From Spirochaetia bacterium (lineage in GTDB: Bacteria; Spirochaetota; Spirochaetia; SZUA-6; Bin103): a stretch of DNA of 64,000 nucleotides. The translations under genes were made by a program, and so were the position numbers. The DNA lies in NCBI GenBank assembly GCA_965199955.1, contig CBDATQ010000002.1, forward strand, positions 1,408,001-1,472,000. The letters are read 5' to 3'. This document shows positions 8,394-19,500 of this stretch, piece after piece; positions within the stretch are counted from its first letter, which is position 1, and every line of letters begins with the position of its first letter. The notes below the pieces were generated by a model. The model saw nothing but the letters and a program-made list of their open reading frames with translations. It was not told the origin of the DNA and made no database searches.

Positions 8394-9350
8394 ATGCTCA
8401 GAGCAGCGTTCATCGGCGCCGGCGGCAGGGCGCGATCGGCCCACTATCCCACCGTGACCACGGTGGCGGACGTGCGCGTCGACGCGGTGTGCGAGCTCGA
8501 CGCGGCGCTCATGGCGCAGGTGGTCGGGCAGTACGACATACCGCGGACGTTCGGCGACTACCGGCAGATGCTCGACGCGGTCGACCTCGACCTGGTCTAC
8601 GTGATCATGGGCGAGGAGCTGATGGCGGCGATCGCCATCGACTGCATGAACGCCGGCAAGCACGTGTTCATCGAGAAGCCGGCCGGCGCGAACCCGGAGG
8701 AGTCGCGTGCGCTGCTTCAGGCGGCGGAGGAGAACGGCGTTACCTGCGCGGTCGGCTACCAGCGCCGCTTCGCCGCGGTTTCCGTGGAGGCGAAGCGACT
8801 GGTCCAGGAGCACGGCGGGCCGACGCTCGCAGTCGGCGAGTTCCACAAGTGCCTGCTCGGCCGATCCAAGCCGCCGCGCACGACCATGTGGCAGGATGTC
8901 TGCCACGCGGTCGACCTGGTCCGCTACCTGGCCGGCAGCGAGGTGGCCGAGGTCACGGCGTTCCAGGATGCCCGCGGCACGGAGTGGACCAACGACTACA
9001 CCTCGCTGATGCGCTTCGAGAACGGCGCCACCGGGGTCGTGCTGGCTCACCGATCTTCGGGCGGACGCACGCTCAAGGGCGAGCTGCACGGCTTGGGCGT
9101 CGGCTGTTCCTTCAGGATTCCCGACCACCTCGAGGTGCTGGAGGATGACCGCGAGCCGCGCACCGAGCACGGCGCCGACCTGGCCGGCGTGCCGGCGGAC
9201 GACTCGCGCGCCTATGACGGCACCCTGGAGATGCACCGCCACGTGGCCTCCTCGATCCGCGACGGCTCCACGCCGATCAACGACATCCGCGACGTCGTGC
9301 ACACCTCCGACCTGGTGGCGCGCCTGGAAGGCGACTCGGCCTTCGAATAG
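8394..9350 (+). CDS. Gfo/Idh/MocA family oxidoreductase
   Basis: AFIGAGG Rossmann motif, GKHVFIEKP, GYQRRF, CHAVDL. ATG 8394 follows GGAGGAG. Confidence 0.9.
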   Translation: MLRAAFIGAGGRARSAHYPTVTTVADVRVDAVCELDAALMAQVVGQYDIPRTFGDYRQMLDAVDLDLVYVIMGEELMAAIAIDCMNAGKHVFIEKPAGANPEESRALLQAAEENGVTCAVGYQRRFAAVSVEAKRLVQEHGGPTLAVGEFHKCLLGRSKPPRTTMWQDVCHAVDLVRYLAGSEVAEVTAFQDARGTEWTNDYTSLMRFENGATGVVLAHRSSGGRTLKGELHGLGVGCSFRIPDHLEVLEDDREPRTEHGADLAGVPADDSRAYDGTLEMHRHVASSIRDGSTPINDIRDVVHTSDLVARLEGDSAFE

Positions 9351-9375
9351 GCGCCCGGCACCGACGAAGGGATCC

Positions 9376-10430
<1,055 letters not shown>

Positions 10431-10434
<4 letters not shown>

Positions 10435-11975
10435 AGACCACTGCACGGCTCGGCGCCATCGCGTCGGTCCTGCTGCTGCTCGGCGCGCTCACTGCCGCGG
10501 CCGACGGCACGACGCTCAGGATCGGCCAGGTCGGCGACATCCGCAGCCTGGAACCGTACCGCAACGCGACGCCCAACTACCTGTTCATCGAGAACCTCTA
10601 CGACCAGCTCCTGTTCAATCCGCGCAACGGCGGGTTCGAGGGCGAGGCGGCCGTGTCGTGGGAGGTCTCGTCCGACTTCACCACCGCCACCGTCACGCTG
10701 CGCGAGGGCATGGTCAGCCACGACGGCACGCCGGCCGACGCGCATATGCTCAAGTGGGACATCGAAGAGCGGCGCAAGGGCTGGGGCCGCTCCGACATGC
10801 CCGTGTTCGGCGGCGTCGACGCGACCGTCAACGTCATCGACGACCTGACCGCCGAGATCACGTTCAGCAAGCCGTTCGCGAACATGGAGACCAAGCTGTC
10901 GCTGTTCATGCTCACCGACCCCGACATGTACCTGCGCGACGACGGCGCCGTGGCCGAGTTCAACCAGGAAGACAAGGTGATCGGCAGCGGCCCGTTCATG
11001 CTGACGGAGTACGAGCCCGGATCGCACATGTACTGGGAGAAGTTCGCCGACCACTGGGACGCGGACTCGGTCGCGCTCGAGCGGGTGGAGATCACCTACT
11101 TCGGGGACGCCGCCGCCATGGTCGCGGCCCTGGAAGCGGGCGAGATCGACCTGGCCTACCGGCCGCCCTACGCGGACGCGGTGCGCTTCCTGGACGACTC
11201 CGACTACACCGTCTGGATCCCGGAGACCGTCGGTCTGGCCTCCATCCTGATGGTCAACCCCAACGCGCCGGGCCTGGAGGACAAGCGCGTGCGCCAGGCG
11301 GTCAGTTGGGCGATCAACCGCGAGGCGGTCTCCAGCGCCATCTTCGAGGGGCTGGGCATGGCCACCGCCTCACCGGCGGTCCCGTCGAGCTTCGCCTACA
11401 CGCCGGAGCTGGACGCCATTCCGCCGCAGGGTGACCCGGACAAGGCGCGCGATCTGCTGGCCGCGGCCGGCAACCCGGAGGTGAGCGTGAAGTTCACCTA
11501 CCCGTCGAACGACACCTCGGCGGAGCTCATCGCGCAGGTGGTGCAGGCCAACCTCAAGGACGTTGGCATCACCCTGGAGCTCGACCCGCAGGAGCGCAAC
11601 ATCTACATCCAGATGCGCACCAGCCAGACCTTCCAGATGATGGCCTCGGTCATGGCCGGCAGCAACGGCCATCCGGCCGACCTGACCGACAGCTTCGTGT
11701 TCCATCCGGCCAACCACGGCTTCTTCAACGACCCGGAGGAGACGGTCATCCCCGAGTACCAGAGCTATGTCGACAACTTCAACAAGGGCATGGCCGCCAC
11801 GACCGAGGCGGAGTCGGTGGAGGCGTGGTCGAACGCGCTGCTGGCGATCAACGATGGCGCCTGGGTACTGTTCCTGAGCTCACAGCCCTACATCAGCGTG
11901 AGCACGTCCGCGCTCAAGGGGCTCACCTGGACCCAGCACGACAAGCCGGTGTTCAAGTACGTCCACTTCGAGTAG
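10431..11975 (+). CDS. ABC transporter substrate-binding protein, family 5
   Basis: Signal peptide, LREG..SHDGTP, GSGPF, DKRVRQAVSWAINRE. Confidence 0.9.
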
Positions 11976-12004
11976 TTCTCACATAGGTCGAGCTTGAATC
12001 ATGC

Positions 12005-12036
12005 GAGCCGGTGCCGCCCCGGAGCGGCACCGGCTC
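12005..12036 (+). terminator. Intra-operon stem-loop after the SBP gene (13-bp perfect stem)
   Basis: GAGCCGGTGCCGC-CCCGGA-GCGGCACCGGCTC, with no U-tract. More likely an mRNA stabiliser or partial terminator than a full terminator. Confidence 0.6.
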
Positions 12037-12061
12037 CTTCGCTCCATAAGCCACTGAACCC

Positions 12062-13018
12062 ATGAGGTCGTACGTCGTGCGCCGCCTGCTCGGCGTGATT
12101 CCGGCGCTGTTCATCGGCTCCATCCTCATCTTCCTGATCATCCACCTCATCCCGGGCGATCCGGCGGTGCTGCTGGTGCCCATGTCGCCGCCGCCGACGC
12201 AGGAGCTGATCGCGGAGGTGCGCGCCGCCTACGGGTTCGACAAGCCGCTCTACGAGCAGTACCTGATCTGGCTGGGCAAGCTGCTGCGCGGCGACCTGGG
12301 CGACTCGCTCAGCAAGCCGGCCTGGACGGTGGCCGAGCTGATCACCAAGAAGATCGGCGTCACCCTGCACGTGACCGCCGGCGCCTTCCTGGTGTCGGTG
12401 CTGATCTCGCTGCCGCTCGGGATCAGGATGGGGCTGTATCCCGACGGCTTCCTGGCGCGGCGGGTGCTGCCGGTCTACACCGGCATCGGCTTCGCCATCC
12501 CGCCGTTCTGGCTGGGCATCCTGCTGATCCTGTTCTTCAGCGTGTTCCTGGGCATCTTGCCGACTTCGGGCTTCCGCAGCATCACCGAGGACCCGATCCA
12601 GTCGATCCGCTTCCTGATCATGCCGTCGCTGGCCGGCGGCATCTCGGGCGCGGTGGTGTACACGAATTTCATCTCGGCATCGGTGAGCGAGATCGCGAAG
12701 AAGGAGTTCATCCTGGCCGCGATCGCCAAGGGGCTGCCGCGGCGCCGGGTCGTGTACCGGCACATCCTCAAGAACGCGCTGATCCCGGTCGTGACCGTGG
12801 CCGCCCTGCAGCTTGGCACGACGGTGGGCGGGGCGGTGGTGACCGAGAGCGTGTTCGGCATTCCCGGCATCGGGCGGCTGCTGGTGGACGCCATCACCGC
12901 CCGCGACTACGCGGTGGTGCAGGCCGACTTCATGGTGCTGATCTGCGCGGTGATGCTGGCCAACCTGCTGGCCGACCTGCTGTACGGCTGGCTGGACCCG
13001 CGCATCAGGCTGGACTGA
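12062..13018 (+). CDS. ABC transporter permease (OppB/DppB-like)
   Basis: PGDPA, GDLGDS, AIAKGL, H.LKNALIP, TESVFGIPGIG. Confidence 0.92.
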   Translation: MRSYVVRRLLGVIPALFIGSILIFLIIHLIPGDPAVLLVPMSPPPTQELIAEVRAAYGFDKPLYEQYLIWLGKLLRGDLGDSLSKPAWTVAELITKKIGVTLHVTAGAFLVSVLISLPLGIRMGLYPDGFLARRVLPVYTGIGFAIPPFWLGILLILFFSVFLGILPTSGFRSITEDPIQSIRFLIMPSLAGGISGAVVYTNFISASVSEIAKKEFILAAIAKGLPRRRVVYRHILKNALIPVVTVAALQLGTTVGGAVVTESVFGIPGIGRLLVDAITARDYAVVQADFMVLICAVMLANLLADLLYGWLDPRIRLD

Positions 13019-13899
13019 TGGGCGCGGGAGAGAGCACGGAGCCGGGTTCGGCGGTCGTGGCCGCCGGACGACACGTCGCCGCCGTTCTGGGCCAGGCGGC
13101 CAGGCGAATGAAGGTGGCCGAGTGGCTGGGGGTCCTGGTGCTGGTCGCCTACCTGCTCATGACGCTGATTCCGGGCGCGCTGGCCACGCACGATCCGATC
13201 GAGCAGGACATCCTGAACCGGCTGGCATTCCCGTCCGCCGAGCACTGGTTCGGCACCGACGAGCTGGGACGCGACCTGTTCAGCCGCTGCATCCACGGCG
13301 CGCGCACCTCGATCCGAACGGCCGTGATCGCCGTGCTGTTCAGCGTGATCGTCGGCGCGACCGGCGGGCTGTTCTCCGGCTACGTCGGCGGCCGCCTGGA
13401 CGAGCTCCTCGCCCGTACCAACGACATCCTCGTCTCCTTTCCCGGCATCATCATCGCCATGGCACTGATCGCGGTGACCGGCCGCAATCCCATCGTCCTG
13501 GCGCTGGTGATCGGCCTGGTGAACACGCCGGCGATCTTCCGCGTGACGCGCGCGGTGGCCCTGCAGGTGCGGGTGCTGCCATACGTGGACGCGGCGCGCT
13601 CGGCCGGGGCGTCCAACCTGTACATCATGTTCCGCACGGTGCTGCCCAACTGCACCACGGAGGTCTTCATCCAGGCGCTGCTGATCGCCACACGCGCCAT
13701 CATCACCGAGTCCAGCCTGAGCTTCCTGGGGCTGGGGATTCCTCCCCCGAATCCCTCCTGGGGGGCGATGCTCAACACCGGCCGCAACTACATGAAGCGC
13801 ATGGTCTGGTACGGCGTGATCCCTGGCCTGTTCCTGATGGGGCTGATCCTGGCGCTGCAGTTCGTGTCGCGCTACCTGCGCCGCGTGTCGCGCTCGTGA
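13018..13899 (+). CDS. ABC transporter permease (OppC/DppC-like)
   Basis: HWFGTDELGRD, YVDAARSAGAS, ESSLSFLGLG, PSWGAML. Confidence 0.92.
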   Translation: MGAGESTEPGSAVVAAGRHVAAVLGQAARRMKVAEWLGVLVLVAYLLMTLIPGALATHDPIEQDILNRLAFPSAEHWFGTDELGRDLFSRCIHGARTSIRTAVIAVLFSVIVGATGGLFSGYVGGRLDELLARTNDILVSFPGIIIAMALIAVTGRNPIVLALVIGLVNTPAIFRVTRAVALQVRVLPYVDAARSAGASNLYIMFRTVLPNCTTEVFIQALLIATRAIITESSLSFLGLGIPPPNPSWGAMLNTGRNYMKRMVWYGVIPGLFLMGLILALQFVSRYLRRVSRS

Positions 13900-14900
13900 T
13901 CGGCGAGGGTGCGGGCGGCGGCCACGGCGCGTTGCTGGTGGTCGAGGACCTGCAGACCCGGTTCGAGCTGGAGCGCGGCGTGGTGCAGGCCGTGAGCGGA
14001 TCGAGCTTCTCCGTCGACCGGGGCGAGACGCTGGGCATCGTCGGCGAGTCCGGCTCCGGCAAGTCGGTCACGGTGCGCTCGATCCTGCGCCTGATCCGCC
14101 CGCCGGGACGGATCGCGGCCGGCAGGGTGCTGCTGGACGGGGTGGACCTGCTGGCGCTCGACGAGCCGGCGATGACCGCCGTGCGCGGCCGGGAGATCAG
14201 CATGGTCTTCCAGGAGCCGTCGGCCGCCCTCAACCCGGTGCTGACGGTGGGAGAGCAGATCTCGGAGGTGCTGATCACGCACCTGGGCATGAGGAAAGGC
14301 GAGGCGCGCGAGCGCGCCGTCGGCCACCTGCGCGACGTCGGCATCCCGGCGCCCGAGCGGCGCTGCCGCGACTACCCGCACCAGTTGAGCGGCGGCATGC
14401 AGCAGCGCTGCATGATCGCCATCGCGCTGGCCTGCGACCCCAAGTTGCTGATCGCCGACGAGCCCACCACCAGCCTGGACGTGACCATCCAGGCGCAGAT
14501 CCTGACGCTGCTCTCCAACCTGGTGCGGGAGAAGGGGGCGGGGCTGATCTTCATCACGCACGACATCGGCGTGATCGCCCAGATCGCCGAACGGATCATG
14601 GTCATGTACGCCGGCAAGATCGCGGAGCTCGGCAGCACCGCGCAGGTGATCGACGACCCGCAGCACCCCTACACCGTGGAGCTGCTCAAGTCGCTGCCTA
14701 GCCTCAGCACCGCGAAGGGGGTGCGGCTGGAGGAGATCGCCGGCGACGTCCCGGACCTGGCCGACGTGCCGCCGGGCTGCCGGTTCCACCCGCGCTGTCC
14801 GCGCGCGTTCGAGCGCTGCGCGCAGGAGGTGCCGCCGCTCGACGAGACGGGCGGCGGCCGGCGCGTGGCGTGCTGGCTGTATGATGAGGCGCGCGCGTGA
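13896..14900 (+). CDS. ABC transporter ATP-binding subunit (OppD/DppD-like)
   Basis: GESGSGKS, YPHQLSGGMQQR, ADEPTTSLD. GTGA overlap with the upstream permease. Confidence 0.92.
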   Translation: MIGEGAGGGHGALLVVEDLQTRFELERGVVQAVSGSSFSVDRGETLGIVGESGSGKSVTVRSILRLIRPPGRIAAGRVLLDGVDLLALDEPAMTAVRGREISMVFQEPSAALNPVLTVGEQISEVLITHLGMRKGEARERAVGHLRDVGIPAPERRCRDYPHQLSGGMQQRCMIAIALACDPKLLIADEPTTSLDVTIQAQILTLLSNLVREKGAGLIFITHDIGVIAQIAERIMVMYAGKIAELGSTAQVIDDPQHPYTVELLKSLPSLSTAKGVRLEEIAGDVPDLADVPPGCRFHPRCPRAFERCAQEVPPLDETGGGRRVACWLYDEARA

Positions 14901-15152
14901 TAGCCGCCTACACGGCGACACCCGGCTCCGCCGGCTACGTCGCGATCGAGCACTTCACCGGCTCGGTCGGCGGCAAGTCGGGGCTCGTTCGTCCTGCAGC
15001 ACAGCGGTCTGATGAACCAGGGCGATTCCGCGCTGACGGTGACGATCGTTCCGGACTCCGGCACGGGCGAGCTGGCCGGGATCTCGGGCACGCTTGAGAT
15101 CGACAGCGAGGCGGGAACGCACACCTACGTGCTCGAGTACGAGCATCGATGA
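14897..15152 (+). pseudogene. DUF3224-family remnant, 5'-truncated and frameshifted
   Basis: SAGYVAIEHFTGSVGGKSG, then in another frame SFVLQHSGLM...TIVPDSGTGELAGISGTLEI...HTYVLEY. Confidence 0.7.
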
Positions 15153-15169
15153 CCGAGCGCTATCTCGTG

Positions 15170-15290
15170 ATGCCACTGGACTCCGGATGGCGTCAAGGCG
15201 ATGACCCTCTCGTATGGTACCTTGAAAAGAGGCTCGGCGTCGTCGCCACGGCGCGCAACTGGAACACCTTGGAGAAGATCGTGGTCATTC
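15170..15290 (+). pseudogene. DUF1697-family C-terminal remnant
   Basis: Encodes EKRLGVVATARNWNTLEKI, matching the T.RNWNT terminal motif I associate with that family. Confidence 0.5.
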
Positions 15291-15365
15291 GAACAGTTCG
15301 GCATGGGTGCCGACGCGGGTAAAATAGATGGATCCGCTTGGTCCGTCCGTGTCGTCTTGGTCCGT

Positions 15366-15611
15366 TTACTGGCCGCTGGCTTCTTCAAGCTCGGCAAACA
15401 TCTCGTCCGCGCTCGCGAACCGTGCCTTGCGCGTCTTCACCATCTCGTCCACCTCGGCCATGGCGCTGCGGGTTTGCGCGTTCGGCACCTTGAGTTCGAG
15501 CGGGAAGGCCTGATCGACCGCGATGCGATGGAACAGCAACCGCACGGCATCGGAGGGCGTCAGCCCCATCGCCGCGAGCGCCGTCGTCGCCTTGCGCTTC
15601 ATCTCGGTGTC
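15366..15611 (-). pseudogene. dinJ: RelB/DinJ-family antitoxin lacking its own N-terminus; no toxin downstream
   Basis: K..A...LAAMGLTPSDAVRLLFHRIAVDQAFPLELKVPNAQTRSAMAE...RFASADEMFAEL. Confidence 0.8.
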
Positions 15612-15916
15612 GTGGGCCGTGCGCCACTCCTCGCCCAGGGCGATCGGCGTCAGTACGGAGTACGCCACTTTCCGCCTGCGCTGCCACGTCCTCCGGGGCC
15701 ACCGGTCCACTGTCGCTGTCGTCGCGGCAGTTGCCACCAAGCCGTAGGTCTCGCCCCAGCCTTCGGCGCCGTCGGACGACGTGACCCGCACCAGCACCGA
15801 GCGGTCGAATGTCCGGTAGACGGTGCGGTTGCTGCGGCGCACGAAGTAGCCCTTGGCGTTGACCGTTCCCCCTCGCGGAGCGGGCCGAGGCAGGGATCGT
15901 CCCGCGGCAGCGCGAG
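15612..15916 (-). pseudogene. Enolase-superfamily (mandelate racemase-like) remnant, second part of a split gene
   Basis: LPRDDPCLGPLREGE / VNAKGYFVRRSNRTVY...SVLVRVTSSDGAEGWGETYGLVA, then a jump to PVAPEDVAAQA / KVAYSVLTPIALGEEWRTAHD. Confidence 0.7.
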
Positions 15917-16059
15917 TCGCCTAATCCTCGTAAACAGCCATAAATAGGTGACTCACTGACACCCAGCCGGTTGTGATTCCCCCGTCCATTACCACACTCC
16001 GCGCGGGAATCCAGAGGACCATCCGAGCCGTCCGCGAACCGCTCCGAACCTCAGCCCAT

Positions 16060-16340
16060 TCATTGTCCGCCGCCGTTCAGAGCCAGCAACCGCCGCAGAA
16101 CCTCGTCGTCGGAGATATCCGCCGACCAACCGTACGCGGCGGCCGGCCGCGTCAAGAGCCTCGTGCGCATCAGCGAGCCACTGCGGGCGGGCGTTGTAGA
16201 GGTTCGTCAGCGTGCGCTTCTTGAGCGCCTTCGCAGCGTCCTCGTCGCGCGGAACCGGCGGCTTCGGGTAGCCCGGAACCGGCTCGTCGACCCACTCGAC
16301 CCATCCCGGCGGATTGGGCCAGCGGTTACGCAACTCGACG
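16060..16340 (-). pseudogene. C-terminal remnant of an MmeI-like (type IIL/IIG) restriction-modification enzyme
   Basis: ELRNRWPNPP.WVEW...LKKRTLTNLYNARPQWLADAHEALDAA, then after a frameshift AAYGWSADISDDEVLRRLLALN. Confidence 0.75.
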
Positions 16341-16514
16341 CCCGACCCTGACCTTCGTTCACCGGCCTCTTCCGTTCGCGTGCGCGGCGTTACGGCACCC
16401 CCATACGGTGTCATATTCGCACCGGCCGGTACCGCGTGGAGGGGTGTCAGTTCCGTTGGCGCCTTCGTAGCCCCGCTTCGCGTCGCCGCCCACGCCAGTC
16501 TCTGGACGCAGGCG

Positions 16515-19500
16515 TCAGTCTCCGTTGGCACGCACCTTAAACTGTCCACCATGCTCCTGCAGGACGTTCTCGTGGACGAGATCGTTCAGCACCGTGCTGA
16601 ATCGCGACCGGAGCTCCGATCCCGCCCGGCGGAAGCCGAACAGCCGGGTGGCGCGGATCACCGCGCTGTCGGCGTCGATGCCGTAGCTGTGGCGGACGAC
16701 GTGCAGCAACGCGGCAGCCACTTCCTCTGGCGCGAGCATGTCGGGTTTGCTCAGGCTGGAGGGCAGATCGTCGTCGCGGCGCCGGACGTCAGGCGAATCA
16801 TGCCCGGCGCGCCACAGGAAGTCGCCCCGGCGTTGGATCGCACCCGTGGCGGCCAGGCGTTCCGCGAGGGCGGCGATGGCGCGGATGCGCTTCTTCGTGG
16901 CTCTCTGGTTCTGCGCGGCCATGCGGCGTGTCGCTTCTTCGACGTGGATCGGGCTCTCGACATCCACGATGTGCAGCAGCGACTGGCTCTCTCCGTCACC
17001 GTGCTCGATCGTGATCCGGGCCAGCTCGTAGCGACAGCTCGCGTCGTCGACCGGTCGGACCACGGGCTCGTCGCGCTGGACGGGTCTCGACGACAGCGCA
17101 TCGCGGGCGGGGGCCGGCGGCGCACCCGCGCCGGCGCGCCGAATCGCCCCGTCGACCTTCTCGATCTCGCGTCGGTGGTCCTGGAACCAGTCGGTGCTCC
17201 AGATGCGGTGGATCGTCCACCCGAGCCCTTCGAGGATCTGCTGGCGCAGACGGTCGCGGTCGCGGGCCGAGCGGGCGCTGTGATAGGTGGCGCCGTCGCA
17301 CTCGATGCCCAGCAGGTATCGTCCCGGCCGGCGCGGGTCGACGACCGCCAAGTCGATGAAGAACCCCGCGGAGCCGATCTGATGCTCGACGCGGTGGCCG
17401 CGCCCGCGCAGAGCGTCGGCGACCGCGGTTTCGAACGGCGAGTCGGCGTCCCGGCCGGTCGCCCTGGGGACGTCGAGGACGCCGGTGTCGGCGTACTGCA
17501 GAAATGTCTTCAGCGCCTCCACGCCGCGCGCACCGCTACGACTCAGGTCGAGGTCGTCGGCGGTGAAGTTGGCGTGGACCTCGCACCTCCGCCGCGCTCG
17601 GGTGATCAGGACGTTGAGCCGTCGTTCGCCGCCTTCCCGGTTGAGCGGGCCGAAGTTCTTCCGCATGGACCCGCTCGCGATCCGGCCGTAGCCGACACTG
17701 ATGAGCATCACGTCGCGTTCGTCGCCCTGCACGTTCTCCAGGTTCTTGACGAAGAACGGCTCTTCGGGGTGATCCGCGAAGAACGGTTCGGTGGAAGGGT
17801 CCCGGCGTCGGCGGATCTCCACTTCGTCCTCGATTCGCCGCGCCTGTGACAGACTGAAGGTCGCCACGCCGAGCGTCAGGCGCGGTGACTTGCGTGCATG
17901 GGCCATGACCGCGTCGGCGACGACGCCGGCCTCACCGGCGTTGATGCGGGCACCCCGTTCGTAACGCGTGTCCGCGTGCAGGCGGAAACGCAGGCCGGTT
18001 TCCTCCCGGCCTGCATCCGGGCCCGGAAAGAGCACCAGCCGGTCGTCGTAGAACTCATGGTTGGAGATGGCGATCAGCGACTCGTGGCGGCTGCGGTAGT
18101 GCCGGCGCAGCATCCGCTCGGGCGCGCCGGCCGCGCGGAACATGCCCAGGATGCTCTCGATATCGCGGGTGGACGTCGTCGCTTCGTCGTCGTCGTCGCC
18201 ATCATCGTCCTCGATGCGTTCGAAGAAGCTGGTCGGCGGGAGCTGCCGGCTGTCGCCGACCACGACCGCCTGACTGGCGCGCAGCAGCGCGCCCATCGCG
18301 TCGACCGGCCGGACCTGACTAGCTTCGTCGAAGATGACCAGATCGAAGCGCACCGAATCCGGCGGCACGAACTTGGCTATCGACAGGGGGCTCATCATGA
18401 TGATCGGCTTGATCTGCAGGATCGCGTTGCCGCCCTCCGTCATCAGTCTGCGCAGCGGCAGGTGGCGCCTCTTCTTCTCGAACTCGCGGCGCACGACGCC
18501 GAGCTGTCCACCGCCCTCCCCGCGAGGTAGGCGCTCCCAGTGGGCGTCGGCGACCAGCGCCCGATTGTGCTGGAACAGATCGAGATCGAGCTGCCGGAAC
18601 CGGTCTATGACCTGCTGGTGTGTGGCGCCGTCGAACTCGGCGAGCACCGGTTGCTCGTCGAAGGCCTGTCGGATCAACGCAAACAGGCGGCAGTGTTCGA
18701 TGAGGTCGGTGAGATGCCGTCCCGCATCCTTCCAATGCGACGCGATCTCCGCAACCGCGCCCAGGCCTTCGTCGGCGAGGCGGGCGGCGTGCTGATTGAA
18801 GTGGACGATGTCGTCCAGCGTTTCGATTTTGTCGCGCCCATGTTGCAGCCAGGCCGACAGGTCGGAGAAACGACGTTCAGCTAGGGCCATCCCCTCGGGG
18901 ACTCTCTCGGGCTGCACGTCGAGTTGGCTGGCGACCGCATCCACCGTGCCGGTGAGCGTGTCCATCGCGGAACGACAGCGGGCGGCGCGGTCCTCGATCG
19001 CGGGGCGCTCGAGGCCGCGGTCGAGGATGTCGTGTATAGCGTCGGCGACCGCGCCGACGGCCCGGTCGGCATGCAGGTCGAGCAGCCAGGCCACGGTCTC
19101 GCCGAACTCCCGCTGGGCGCTGACGTCGCCGTCGAGCGGCGGCTCGAGCGCGAGCCGCGACAACAGCTCGCGCGAGCGCTCAATCGTGGCGCGCAGTCGC
19201 CGCGCGTCCAGGATCGCGTCCACGATCGCGAGCTGCTTCGAGCCGTCGGTGGGCAGCTCGCCCCGGCACAGCATGCGCAGTCCGTCGCGCGCCGTGCGGT
19301 ACTTTCTGGAGACGCCGCGCCACCAGCGCCGGCTCCATGTCCAGATCGGCTGGCGCCAGGACTCCACGTCGGCATCCCAGGCGTCGCGACGCAGCAGCGG
19401 CGCGTAGGCGTCGTGCAGGTCCGCGTGCTCGCCGATCGCCCGGGCCGCGCTGCGCAGCTCGTCGGCGCGGGCGATCCAGTCCGGACTGCGGTGGTCGAAC

